Of a DNA stretch of 64,000 nucleotides, positions 36,348 to 51,125 are shown one piece after another. The notes under the pieces are model-generated. The model was not told the DNA's origin. It saw only the letters and a list, made by a program, of their open reading frames with translations, and ran no database searches. Each line of letters begins with the position of its first letter. Within the stretch, counting starts at the first letter, position 1. The position numbers were made by a program, and so were the translations under genes. Source of the DNA: Ylistrum balloti. Lineage: Eukaryota. The DNA lies in NCBI RefSeq assembly GCF_031769215.1, contig NW_026781958.1:310001-374000 (forward strand). The letters are read 5' to 3'.

Positions 36348-38773
36348 TATACATATACACGTTTTTACATGTATGAGTATGCAGCCCATGATCTTTTGTT
36401 TTACATGATCTGTGTAATTGACTTTTCTAAACAGCGAGGTCAACATTTAGTCAAAACTGACCCTCTTTTGTGGTGTATAAATCCCGAAAGATGGAAAGCT
36501 CACCATTTTGGAAAACTCGGTATCGACTAAAACTTCTTAAGTCAACAAGGCATTTCTGGTTGATTATAATACATACATAGTAAAATTTCAAACTGTAATC
36601 CACATCTGTCTACAATTAGTGTAAACAAGAGATCAAATGGGCCTGCTTCGATCACTTTGTATTCAATTTTTTTCACATATTCAAAGTTTGTAAAGTCGGT
36701 TAATTTAAGCCACTTCATAAACTAGTCAGTGTATTATATCCATGGCTAAACCTTGTTTATTTACTATTTGTGTATCGGATTGTGGAGGACAAATTCGACT
36801 TTTGTGACTTTGAATATTTTAAAGTTCATATGTATTCTTAAAACTAAAAGCTAAACATCGTGGTTGTAGGCCATTCAGATAAATTAGATAAAATAGTTTA
36901 ACTTATCAAGAACTGTATTATCAAGTTTCGGTCATACTGTTATTTGAAACCAGAACGGCGGGTGCTTTTAACTCCTGTTAAATTCTAATTCACGTTAAAT
37001 GACTGACGTTCTTGGACGTGTTCCAACTGCCTCACAAAATAATTTAATATAAATCTTTTACAATTCTATAATTGTGTAACTGATGGAGCTGGCGGTTATA
37101 GTCATGATCCTACAGAATGTGGCGATACTTTGTCACTAACCTGATAATCTTTTTTTCCCCATATGTACAACTGTAATCATCACGGTATAAGTAAATCATA
37201 TTTGGCCCGACTTTTTCATGTCCCCATTCCTAATATCACATCGGCCGTCAGTTATACGAAGATTGGTCAGGTGATCAATATTAAAAAAGAATCATATTTC
37301 AATTCAAAAATTCATGAATTACATTCAAAATCTGTGTGATAAATGAAACCACTGGGATTTTACATCCTGTCTGATAAAGAAAATAAAACTGGCGAACTTC
37401 AAAGTCGTCGTAAATTTAAGCCTCCAGATGACGTCATAATTGGCCAGACGAAATAATTGGTATGACGTCACAGGTAATTACTTCCTGGTTACGCATCACT
37501 TATACTAATCTCTCGGCTTGTGATAACGCCATTCCTTCTTGCTTGCGAATATATGTGCATCATGATGACGGAAGGACCACAGAGAGTTCGGACTGTGAAG
37601 ACGGAACATCTGCTGGACGACAGTAGCGGAGACGTGAAACATATACGTAGATGTCCAGTTGAACTCTTCGAGGCAAAGCGGGGACTGGATCAATGCAATC
37701 TTAGTTTTTTTACCAATATGGCGGACAGTTGGAACAAACATACCTCAGTTGGGGACGGATTGTTACATTTCTCAATATGTACTTAAACAAAATTGACCAC
37801 GATGACCAACGGAAAATCTGACCAGTCAGGACAGCGAAAGAGTAAGCCAAAAAAATTCAGACTTCGCAAAATGTTTCGGAAGTTAATTGGGAAAGGCGCA
37901 AAAGTTTTACCGGAAGTTCAACATTTACCGGAAGCTTGAAATTTCCAGAAGACATGCCTGCATCAAATTGGAGACGGACAATGCAACCTGTATGCATAAA
38001 ACAATATTGAAGAGTATGACATCCTCATGAAGCATGATATTGGGAGAATGAGTAAACCTAAATTATATACCGTTATCATTTGAACTATCAATATACTTTT
38101 TGTCATTTTCGTATCAATAATCATTGTAATTTTATTTTGAGTTTCCAAATAAATTGATTGATGAAGTCAATAACAGTCGCTTGTGATCATTTCAACCAAA
38201 TATGCCATTTCCAATATGTACAGCAAATGCGTTCATGCAGTTTATTTTCGTCTTCAAATTAATTCGTAACGAACTTTTTTAATACTACTTAGTAATCATG
38301 ATTTTCAATACTAATAACTATGATAAGTGGTCTCCTCCCTCGGTATCTACCAGAAGTTCTTCCTTAATGTAACAACAGTATCCATGATCAGAACACTCGC
38401 TTTGGTATGGATTTGTGTCCTCTTTCTTGTCCAACAAGCTCGTCAGTTAATATTCTCGAGAATTCTTTACCAGTTGTAATAAAACGTGACTAGTCTTAAA
38501 AGAACAAGTTAATTGAAATGCACCAGGCCACAAAATTCCTTACTTCTGCCGCGGTGGATATAGATCACGGAGAGCCGTTGACATAGATATGATATGATTC
38601 GTATAAATATTGTTTATGGTCCACTGTACTCCTGTAATCCAGATTTCACCGACGAATATTGGTTACTAAATTATTGTTTCAGTAATCTAAACTACTCTAT
38701 CTCAACCGAAACAATTTAATTATACAACGCGTTATGAATTAAAGCCAATGTGAAACGTTGTTCTTATTTTCAA

Positions 38774-41700
38774 TATTTGGTGGACAACTGTACACTCCAT
38801 AGACAGACATCAGGGAGAACTGTACACTCCATAGACAGACATCAGGGACAACTGTACACTCCACAGATAGACACAAGGGACAGCTGTAAACTCTATAGAT
38901 TGACATCAAGGACAACTGTACACTCCATAGATAGACATCAGGGACAGCTGTAAACTCTATAGATAGACATCAGGGACAACTGTACACTCCATAGATAGAC
39001 ATCAGGGACAACTGTACACTCCATAGACAGACATCAGGGACAACTGTACACTCCATAGATAGACATCAGGGACAACTGTACACTCCATAGATAGACATCA
39101 GAGACAACTGTACACTCCACAGATAGACATCAGGGACAACTGTACACTCCACAGATAGACACCAGGGACAACTGCACACTCCATAGATAGTCATGAGGGA
39201 CAACTGTACACTCCATAGACAGACATCAGGGACAACTGTACACTCCATAGATTGTCATCAGGGAAAACTGTACACTCCATAGATTGACATCAGGGACAAC
39301 TCTTCACTCCATAGATAGTCATCAGGGACAACCGTGCACTCCACAGATAGACATCAGGGACAACGGTACACTCCATAGATAGACATCAGGGACAACTGTA
39401 CACTCCATAGACAGACATCAGGGACAACTGTACACTCCATAGATAGACATCAGGGACAACTGTACACTCCATAGATAGACATCAGAGACAACTGTACACT
39501 CCACAGATAGACATCAGGGACAACTGTACACTCCACAGATAGACACCAGGGACAACTGCACACTCCATAGATAGTCATCAGGGACAACTGTGCACTCCAT
39601 AGACAGACATCAGGGACAACTGTACAATCCATAGATTGTCATCAGGGACAACTGTACACTCCATAGATTGACATCAGGGACAACTCTACACTCCATAGAT
39701 AGTCATCAGGGACAACCGTGCACTCCACAGATAGACATCAGGGACAACGGTAAACTCCATAGATAGACATCAGGGACAACTGTACACTCCATACATTGAC
39801 ATCAGGGACAACTGTACACTCCATAGATAGACATCAGGGACAACTGTACACTCCACAGATAGACGCCTGGGACAGCTGTAAACACCATAGATTGACATCA
39901 GGGACAACTGTACACTCCATAGATATTCATCAGAGACAACTGTACACTCCACAGATAGACACCAGGGACAGCTGTAAACTCCATAGATAGACATCAGAGA
40001 CAACTGTACACTCCATAGATTGACATCAGGGACAACTGTACACTCCATAGATTGACATCAGGGACAACTGTACACTCCATACATAGTCATCAGGGACAAC
40101 TGTACACTCCATAGACAGACATCAGGGACAACTGTACACTCCATAGATTGACATCAGGGACAACGGTAAACTCCATAGATAGACATCAGGGACAACTGTA
40201 CACTCCATACATTGACATCAGGGACAACAGTACACTCCATAGATAGTCATCAGGGACAACTGTACACTCAACAGATAGACACCAGGGACAGCTGTAAACT
40301 CTATAGATAGACATCAGGGACAACTGTACACTCCATAGATAGACATCAGGGACAACTGTACACTCCATAGATAGACATCAGGGACAACTGTACACTCCAT
40401 AGATAGACATCAGGGACAACTGTACACTCCATAGATAGTCATCAGGGACAACTGTACACTCCATAGACAGACATCAGGGACATAGAGACATCAGGGACAA
40501 CTGTACACTCCATATATAGACATCAGGGACAACTGTACACTCCATACATTGACATCAGGGTCAACTGTACACTCCATAGATAGACATCAGGGACAACTGT
40601 ACACTCCACAGATAGACACAAGGGACAGCTGTACACTCCATAGATAGATCAGGGACAACTGTACACATCAGGGACAACTGTACACTCTATAGATAGACAT
40701 CAGGGACAACTGTACACTCCATAGATTGACATCAGGGACAACTGTACACTCCATATATAGACATCAGGGACAACTGTACACTCCATAGATTGACATCAGG
40801 GACAACTGTACACTCCATAGATAGACAACAGGGACAACTGTACACTCCATAGACAGACATCAGGGACAACTGTACACTCCATAGATAGTCATCAGGGACA
40901 ACTGTACACTCCATAGACAGACATCAGGGACAACTGTACACTCCATAGATTGACATCAGGGACAACTGTACACTCCATAGATTGACATCAGGGACAACTG
41001 TACACTCCATAGATTGACATCAGGGACAACTGTACACTCCATAGATAGACATCAGGGACAACTGTACACTCCACAGATAGACACAAGGGACAGCTGTAAA
41101 CTCTATAGATTGACATCAAGGACAACTGTACACTCCATAGATAGACATCAGGGACAACTGTACACTCCATAGACAGACATCAGGGACAACTGTACACTCC
41201 ATAGATAGACATCAGGGACAACTGTACACTCCATAGATAGACATCAGAGACAACTGTACACTCCATAGATAGACACCAGGGACAACTGTACACTCCATAG
41301 ATAGACATCAGGGACAGCTGTAAACTCTATAGATTGACATCAAGGACAACTGTACACTCCATAGACAGACATCAGGGACAACTGTACACTCCATAGATAG
41401 ACATCAGGGACAACTGTACACTCCATAGACAGACATCAGGGACAACTGTACACTCCATAGATAGACATCAGGGACAACTGTACACTCCATAGATAGACAT
41501 CAGGGACAACTGTACACTCCATAGATAGACATCAGAGACAACTGACAACTGTACACTCCATAGATAGACATCAGGGACAACTGTACACTCCATAGATTGA
41601 CATCAGGGACAACTGTACACTCCATACATAGACATCAGGGACAACTGTACACTCCATACATTGACATCAGGGACAACTGTACACTCCATAGATAGACATC

Positions 41701-43926
41701 AGGGACAACTGTACACTCCACAGATAGACATCAGGGACAACTGTACACTCCATAGATAGTCATCAGGGACAACTGTACACTCCATAGATAGACATCAGGG
41801 ACAACTGTACACTCCATAGACAGACATCAGGGACAACTGTACACTCCATAGATTGACACCAGGGACAACTGTACACTCAATAGATTGACATCAGGGACAA
41901 CTGCACACTCCATAGATTGACATCAGAGACAACTGTACACTCCATAGATAGTCATCAGAGACAACTGTACACTCCACAGATAGACACCAGGGACAGCTGT
42001 AAACTCCATAGATAGACATCAGGGACAACTGTACACTCCATAGATTGACATCAGGGACAACTGCACACTCCATAGATAGTCATCAGGGACAACTGTGCAC
42101 TCCATAGACAGACATCAGGGACAACTGTACACTCCATAGATTGACATCAGGGACAACTGTACACTCCATTGACATCAGGGACAACTGTACACTCCATAGA
42201 TTGACATCAGGGACAACTGTACACTCCATAGATAGACATCAGGGACAACTGTACACTCCATAGATAGACATCAGGGACAACTGTACACTCCATAGAGAGA
42301 CATCAGGGACAACTGTACACTCCATAGATAGACATCAGGGACAACTGTACACTCCATAGACAGACATCAGGGACAACTGTACACTCCATAGATAGACATC
42401 AGGGACAACTGTACACTCCATACATAGACATCAGGGACAACTGTACACTCCATAGATAGACACCAGGGACAACTGTACACTCCATAGATAGACATCAGGG
42501 ACAACTGTACACTCCATAGATTGACATCAGGGACAACTGTACACTCCATAGATAGACATCAGGGACAACTGTACACTCCATAGATAGACATCAGGGACAA
42601 CTGTACACTCCACAGATAGACATCAGGGACAAGTGTACACTCCATATATAGACATCAGGGACAACTGTACACTCCATAGATAGACATCAGGGACAACTGT
42701 ACACTCCATAGATAGACATCAGGGACAACTGTACACTCCATAGATTGACATCAGGGACAACTGTACACTCCATAGATAGACATCAGGGACAACTGTACAC
42801 TCCATAGATAGACATCAGAGACAACTGTACACTCCATAGATTGACATCAGGGACAACTGTACACTCCATAGATAGACATCAGGGACAACTGTACACTCCA
42901 TAGATAGACATCAGGGACAACTGTACACTCCATAGATAGACATCAGAGACAACTGTACACTCCATAGATTGACACCAGGGACAACAGTACACTCCATAGA
43001 TAGACATCAGGGACAATCAGGGACAACTGTACACTCCATCATTGACATCAGGGACAACTGTACACTCCATAGATAGACATCAGGGACAACTGTACACTCC
43101 ATAGATAGACATCAGGGACAACTGGACATAGATAGACACTCCATAGATAGACATCAGGGACAACTGTACACTCCATAGATTGACATCAGGGACAACTGTA
43201 CACTCCATAGATAGACATCAGGGACAACTGTACACTCCATAGATTGACATCAGGGACAACTGTACACTCCATAGATAGACATCAGGGACAACTGTACACT
43301 CCATAGACAGACATCAGGGACAACTGTACACTCCATAGATTGACACCAGGGACAACTGTACACTCCATAGATTGACATCAGGGACAACTGTACACTCCAT
43401 AGATAGACATCAGGAACAACTGTACACTCCATAGATAGACATCATGGACAAATGTAAACTCCATTAACATACATCAGGGACAACTGTACATTCTATAGAT
43501 AGACACCAGGGACAACTGTACACTCCATAGATAGACATCAGGGACAACTGTACACTCCATAGATTGTCATCAGGGACAACTGTACACTCCATAGATAGAC
43601 ATCAGGGACAACTGTACACTCCATAGATAGACATCAGGGACAACTGTACACTCCATAGATATTGACATCAGGGAGACATCAGGGACAACTGTACACTCCA
43701 TAGATAGACATCAGGGACAACTGTACACTCCATAGATAGAGACATCAGGGACAACTGTACACTCCATAGATAGACATCAGGGACAACTGTACACTCCATA
43801 GATTAGACATCAGGGACAACTGTACACTCCATAGATATAGACAACTGTACATCCATAGACATCAGGGACAGATAGACATCAGGGACAACTGTACACTCCA
43901 TAGATAGACATCAGGGACAACTGTAC
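38774..43926 (+). repeat. 32-bp satellite, ~160 copies (~5.1 kb)
   Basis: Unit CATCAGGGACAACTGTACACTCCATAGATAGA with minor variants (GATTGA, GACAGA, ATAGTC). Confidence 0.98.
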
Positions 43927-46900
43927 AGTAAGTTGTTGTTATATCGGACAGTAAGTTGTTGGTAGGTATTTATATAGGACAGTAAGTTGTTGTTATATAG
44001 GACAGTAAGTTGTTGGTGTTAGGTATGTATATAGGACAGTAAGTTGTTGGTGTTAGGTATTTATATCGGACAGTAAGTTGTTGTTATATAGGACAGTAAG
44101 TTGTTGGTGTTAGGTATTTATATGGTGTTAGGTATGTATATAGGATAGTAAGTTGTTGTTATATCGGACAGTAAGTTGTTGGTGTTAGGTATGTATATAG
44201 GACAGTAAGTTGTTGGTGTTAGGTATTTATATAGGACAGTAAGTTGTTGGTGTTAGATATGTATATCGGACAGTAAGTTGTTGTTATATAGGACAGTAAG
44301 TTGTTGTTATATAGGACAGTAAGTTGTTGGTGTTAGGTATTTATATCGGACAGTAAGTTGTTGTTATATCGGACAGTAAGTTGTTGGTGTTAGGTATTTA
44401 TATCGGACAGTAAGTTGTTGTTATATCGGACAGTAAGTTGTTGTTATATCGGACAGTAAGTTGTTGGTGTTAGGTATTTATATCGGACAGTTGTTGTTAT
44501 ATAAGTAAGTTGTTTTATATTGTTGGTGTTAGGTTATATCGGACAGTAAGTTGTTGGTGTTAGGTATTTATATCGGACAGTAAGTTGTTGGTGTTAGGTA
44601 TTTATATCGGACAGTAAGTTGTTGGTGTTAGGTATTTATATCGGACAGTAAGTTGTTGTTATATCGGACAGTAAGTTGTTGGTGTTAGGTATGTATATCG
44701 GACAGTAAGTTGTTGGTGTTAGGTATTTATATCGGACAGTAAGTTGTTGGTGTTAGGTATTTATATCGGACAGTAAGTTGTTGGTGTTAGGTATTTATAT
44801 CGGACAGTAAGTTGTTGGTGTTGTTATATCGGACAGTAAGTTGTTGTGTTGTATTTATATAGGACAGTAATGTTATATCGGACAGTAAGTTGTTGGTGTT
44901 AGGTATTTATATAGGACAGTAAGTTGTTGTTATAGTAAGTTGTTGGTGTTGTTATATCGGACAGTAAGTTGTTAAGTTGTTGTTGTTGTTATATCGGACA
45001 GTAAGTTGTTAGGTTATATCGGACAGTAAGTTGTTGGTGTTAGGTATCGGACAGTAAGTTGTTGTTATATCGGACAGTAAGTTGTTGGTGTTAGGTTATA
45101 TCGGACAGTAAGTTGTTGTTAGGTATGTATATATCGGACAGTAAGTTGTTGGTGTTAGGTTATATCGGACAGTAAGTTGTTGGTGTTAGGTATTTATATC
45201 GGACAGTAAGTTGTTGGTGTTAGGTATGTATATAGGACAGTAAGTTGTTGTTATATCGGACAGTAAGTTGTTGTTATATAGGACAGTAAGTTGTTGGTGT
45301 TAGGTATTTATATAGGACAGTAAGTTGTTGTTAGGTATTTATATCGGACGGACAGTAAGTTGTTGGTGTTGTATTATATCGGACAGTAAGTTGTTGGTTA
45401 TTAAGGTATTTATATCGGACAGTAAGTTGTTGTTATATCGGACAGTAAGTTGTTGGTGTTAGGTATTTATATAGGACAGTAAGTTGTTGGTGTTAGGTAT
45501 TTATATCGGACAGTAAGTTGTTGGTGTTAGGTATTTATATAGGACAGTAAGTTGTTGTTATATAGGACAGTAAGTTGTTGGTGTTAGGTATTTATATAGG
45601 ACAGTAAGTTGTTGGTGTTAGGTATTTATATCGGACAGTAAGTTGTTGTTATATCGGACAGTAAGTTGTTGGTGTTAGGTATGTATATCGGACAGTAAGT
45701 TGTTGTTATATCGGACAGTAAGTTGTTGTTATATCGGACAGTAAGTTGTTGGTGTATAGGTATGTTATATAGGGTAGTTGTTGTTATATCGGACAGTAAG
45801 TTGTTGTTATATCGGACAGTAAGTTGTTGGTGTTAGGTATGTATATAGGACAGTAAGTTGTTGGTGTTAGGTATTTATATCGGACAGTAAGTTGTTGGTG
45901 TTAGGTATGTATATAGGACAGTAAGTTGTTGGTGTTAGGTATTTATATAGGACAGTAAGTTGTTGTTATATAGGACAGTAAGTTGTTGGTGTTAGGTATG
46001 TATATCGGACAGTAAGTTGTTGGTGTTAGGTATGTATATCGGACAGTAAGTTGTTGGTGTTAGGTATTTATATCGGACAGTAAGTTGTTGTATTTATATC
46101 GGACAGTAAGTTGTTGTTATATCGGACAGTAAGTTGTTGGTGTTAGGTATGTATATAGGACAGTAAGTTGTTGTTATATCGGACAGTAAGTTGTTGGTGT
46201 TAGGTATTTATATCGGACAGTAAGTTGTTGGTGTTAGGTATTTATATAGGACAGTAAGTTGTTGTTATATCGGACAGTAAGTTGTTGGTGTTAGGTATTT
46301 ATATCGGACAGTAAGTTGTTGGTGTTGTTATATCGGACAGTAAGTTGTTGGTGTTAGGTATTTATATCGGACAGTAAGTTGTTGTTATATAGGACAGTAA
46401 GTTGTTGGTGTTAGGTATTTATATAGGACAGTAAGTTGTTGTTATATAGGACAGTAAGTTGTTGGTGTTAGGTATGTATATCGGACAGTAAGTTGTTGGT
46501 GTTAGGTATTTATATCGGACAGTAAGTTGTTGTTATATCGGACAGTAAGTTGTTGGTGTTAGGTATTTATATAGGACAGTAAGTTGTTGTTATAGACAGT
46601 ATATAGGACAGTAAGTTGTTGTATATAGGACAGTTATATCGGACAGTAAGTTGTTGGTGTTAGGTATTTATATCGGACAGTAAGTTGTTGGTGTTAGGTA
46701 TATATAAGTTGTTGGTGGTATGTATATAGGACAGTAAGTTGTTTGTTGTTATATCGGACAGTAAGTTGATGTTATATAGGACAGTACGGTGTTGCTGTAA
46801 TGTATTGAAATCTGACAGTAAGTTGTTGGGATATCGGACAGTAAGTTGTTTGTGTTATGTATTTATATAGGACAGTAAGTTGTTGTTTTATAGGACAGTA

Positions 46901-49900
46901 AGTTGTTGGTGTTAGGTTATATCGGACAGTAAGTTGTTGTATATAGGACAGTAAGTTGTTGGTGTTATGTATGTATATCGGACAGTAAGTTGTTGGTGTT
47001 AGGTATTTATATCGGACAGTAAGTTGTTGTTATATAGGACAGTAAGTTGTTGGTGTTAGGTATTTATATCGGACAGTAAGTTGTTGGTGTTAGGTATGTA
47101 TATAGGACAGTAAGTTGTTGGTGTTAGGTATTTATATCGGACAGTAAGTTGTTGTTATATCGGACAGTAAGTTGTTGGTGTTAGGTATTTATATAGGACA
47201 GTAATATAGGACAGTAAGTTGTTGGTGTTAGGTATTTATATAGGACAGTAAGTTGTTGTTATATCGGACAGTAAGTTGTTGGTGTTAGGTATGTATATAG
47301 GACAGTAAGTTGTTGTTATATCGGACAGTAAGTTGTTGGTGTTAGGTATTTATATCGGACAGTAAGTTGTTGGTGTTAGGTATTTATATCGGACAGTAAG
47401 TTGTTGTTATATAGGACAGTAAGTTGTTGGTGTTAGGTATGTATATCGGACAGTAAGTTGTTGGTGTTAGGTATTTATATCGGACAGTAAGTTGTTGGTG
47501 TTAGGTATTTATATCGGACAGTAAGTTGTTGTTATATCGGACAGTAAGTTGTTGGTGTTAGGTATTTATATCGGACAGTAAGTTGTTGTTATATCGGACA
47601 GTAAGTTGTTGTTATATCGGACAGTAAGTTGTTGTTATATCGGACAGTAAGTTGTTGTTATATCGGACAGTAAGTTGTTGGTGTTAGGTATGTATATAGG
47701 ACAGTAAGTTGTTGGTGTTAGGTATTTATATCGGACAGTAAGTTGTTGGGTATATAGCACACTAATTAGATGGTGTTACGTATTTATATAGGACAGTAAG
47801 TTGTTGGTATCGGACAGTAAGTTGTTGTTATATCGGACAGTAAGTTGTTGTTATATAGGACAGTAAGTTGTTGTTATATCGGACAGTAAGTTGTTGGTGT
47901 TAGGTATTTATATAGGACAGTAAGTTGTTGTTATATAGGACAGTAAGTTGTTGGTGTATATCGGACAGTAGTTGTTTATATATCGGACAGTAAGTTAAGT
48001 TGTGTTATATAGGACAGTAAGTTGTTTGTTAGGTATTTATATCGGACAGTAAGTTGTTTGTTAGGTATATATCGGACAGTAAGTTGTTGGTGTTAGGTAT
48101 TTATATAGGACAGTAAGTTGTTGTTATATAGGACAGTAAGTTGTTGGTGTTAGGTATGTATATAGGACAGTAAGTTGTTGGTGTTAGGTATGTATATAGG
48201 ACAGTAAGTTGTTGTTATAGGTCAGAGGTATTTATATCGGACAGTAAGTTGTTGTTATATCGGACAGTAAGTTGTTGTTATATCGGACAGTAAGTTGTTG
48301 GTGTTAGGTATTTATATAGGACAGTAAGTTGTTGTTATATCGGACAGTAAGTTGTTGGTGTTAGGTATTTATATAGGACAGTAAGTTGTTGGTGTTAGGT
48401 ATGTATATCGGACAGTAAGTTGTTGGTGTTAGGTATTTATATCGGACAGTAAGTTGTTGGTGTATATCGGAATAAGTTGTTGGTGTTAGGTATGTTTATA
48501 TTTCTGTAAGTTGTTCGTTTTAGGTATGTATATAGGACAGTTAGTTGTTGTGTGAGGTATATCGGACAGTAAGTTGTTGGTGTTAGGTATTTATATAAGA
48601 CAGTAAGTTGTTGGTGTTAGGTATTTATATCGGACAGTAAGTTGTTGTTATATCGGACAGTAAGTTGTTGGTGTTAGGTATTTATATAGGATTTGTATAT
48701 CGGACAGTAAGTTGTTGGTGTTAGGTAGGTATATCGGACAGTAAGTTGTTGGTGTTAGGTATTTATATCGGACAGTAAGTTGTTGTTATATCGGACAGTA
48801 AGTTGTTGGTGTTAGGTATGTATATCGGACAGTAAGTTGTTGGTGTTAGGTATGTATATAGGACAGTAAGTTGTTGGTGTTAGGTATGTATATAGGACAG
48901 TAAGTTGTTGGTGTTAGGTATGTATATAGGACAGTAAGTTGTTGGTGTTAGGTATTTATATCGGACAGTAAGTTGTTGGTGTTAGGTATGTATATCGGAC
49001 AGTAAGTTGTTGGTGTTAGGTATTTATATAGGACAGTAAGTTGTTGGTGTTAGGTATTTATATAGGACAGTAAGTTGTTGGTGTTAGGTATTTATATCGG
49101 ACAGTAAGTTGTTGTTATATCGGACAGTAAGTTGTTGTTATATAGGACAGTAAGTTGTTGGTGTTAGGTATTTATATCGGACAGTAAGTTGTTGGTGTTA
49201 GGTATTTATATAGGACAGTAAGTTGTTGGTGTTAGGTATTTATATCGGACAGTAAGTTGTTGTTATATAGGACAGTAAGTTGTTGTTATATCGGACAGTA
49301 AGTTGTTGGTGTTAGGTATGTATATAGGACAGTAAGTTGTTGGTGTTAGGTATTTATATCGGACAGTAAGTTGTTGTTATATCGGACAGTAAGTTGTTGT
49401 TATATCGGACAGTAAGTTGTTGGTGTTAGGTATTTATATCGGACAGTAAGTTGTTGGTGTTAGGTATTTATATCGGACAGTAAGTTGTTGTTATATCGGA
49501 CAGTAAGTTGTTGTTGTTAGGTATTTATATCGGACAGTAAGTTGTTGTTATATAGGACAGTAAGTTGTTGGTGTTAGATATGTATATAGGATAGTAAGTT
49601 GTTGTTATATCGGACAGTAAGTTGTTGTTATATCGGACAGTAAGTTGTTGTTATATCGGACAGTAAGTTGTTGTTATATCGGACAGTAAGTTGTTGTTAT
49701 ATAGGACAGTAAGTTGTTGGTGTTAGGTTATATCAGTAAGTTGGACAGTAAGTTGTTGGTGTTAGGTTAGGACAGTTAGGTATGTTATATAGGACAGTAA
49801 GTTGTTGTTATATCGGACAGTAAGTTGTGGTGTTAGGTAGTTGTTGGTGTTTATATCGGACAGTAAGTTGTTGTTATATCGGACAGGTGTTAGGACAGTA

Positions 49901-50828
49901 AGTTGTTGTTAGGTATATCGGACAGTAAGTTGTTGTTATATAGGACAGTAAGTTGTTGGTGTTAGGTATGTATATAGGACAGTAAGTTGTTGGTGTTAGG
50001 TATTTATATCGGACAGTAAGTTGTTGTTATATCGGACAGTAAGTTGTTGTTATATCGGACAGTAAGTTGTTGGTGTTAGGTATGTATATAGGACAGTAAG
50101 TTGTTGTTATATCGGACAGTAAGTTGTTGGTGTTAGGTATTTATATCGGACAGTAAGTTGTTGTTATATAGGACAGTAAGTTGTTGTTATATAGGACAGT
50201 AAGTTGTTGTTATATCGGACAGTAAGTTGTTGGTGTTAGGTATTTATATAGGACAGTAAGTTGTTGTTATATAGGACAGTAAGTTGTTGGTGTTAGGTAT
50301 GTATATCGGACAGTAAGTTGTTGGTGTTAGGTATTTATATCGGACAGTAAGTTGTTGGTGTTAGGTATTTATATAGGACAGTAAGTTGTTGGTGTTAGGT
50401 ATGTATATAGGACAGTAAGTTGTTGGTGTTAGGTATTTATATCGGACAGTAAGTTGTTGGTGTTAGGTATTTATATCGGACAGTAAGTTGTTGGTGTTAG
50501 GTATGTATATAGGACAGTAAGTTGTTGTTATATCGGACAGTAAGTTGTTGGTGTTAGGTATTTATATCGGACAGTAAGTTGTTGTTATATCGGACAGTAA
50601 GTTGTTGGTGTTAGGTATTTATATAGGACAGTAAGTTGTTGGTGTTAGGTATTTATATCGGACAGTAAGTTGTTGTTATATCGGACAGTAAGTTGTTGGT
50701 GTTAGGTATTTATATAGGACAGTAAGTTGTTGTTATATAGGACAGTAAGTTGTTGGTGTTAGGTATGTATATAGGACAGTAAGTTGTTGGTGTTAGGTAT
50801 ATATACAAGGACAGTAAGTTGTTGGTGA
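43924..50828 (+). repeat. Composite 23/34-bp satellite (~6.9 kb)
   Basis: Short unit GGACAGTAAGTTGTTGTTATATC and long unit GGACAGTAAGTTGTTGGTGTTAGGTATTTATATC, irregularly interspersed. Confidence 0.98.
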
Positions 50829-51059
50829 CATATAATAGCAGAAACAAAAACAAAACAAAAACAAACAAAATTAGCTAAAAAAAAAAAACAAAAAAAAACA
50901 GTCAGTCTCACGTGATTTCAAAATATATTACTCTGCCCGAATTGCAGCATCCGGGCCTAAAACTACTTCATGGCTCTGGCGAAAAGCGAAAATGTCCCGA
51001 TAAATCTTCGACATTATTGTAACAGAGGTCATTATTTATGTCAATGCCTCTGTTATGGT

Positions 51060-51125
51060 TCGGACCCGGGACGAGCTGTTCTCTGCGGCCAATCGGTTTT
51101 CTTCGACGGTTACCATGGTAACAGG
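51060..51125. promoter_or_regulatory. Promoter-like segment with a CCAAT box and a perfect palindromic RFX X-box
   Basis: GGCCAATC at ~51088 and GTTACCATGGTAAC at ~51110-51123, in a CpG-containing stretch. The associated gene was not identified. Confidence 0.35.

Noticed and set aside
38774-50828. CRISPR-like appearance of 32-bp and 23/34-bp repeats; many 60-aa ORFs
   Set aside because: The repeats are head-to-tail with no unique spacers, there are no cas genes, the context is eukaryotic, and the ORFs are repeat translations.
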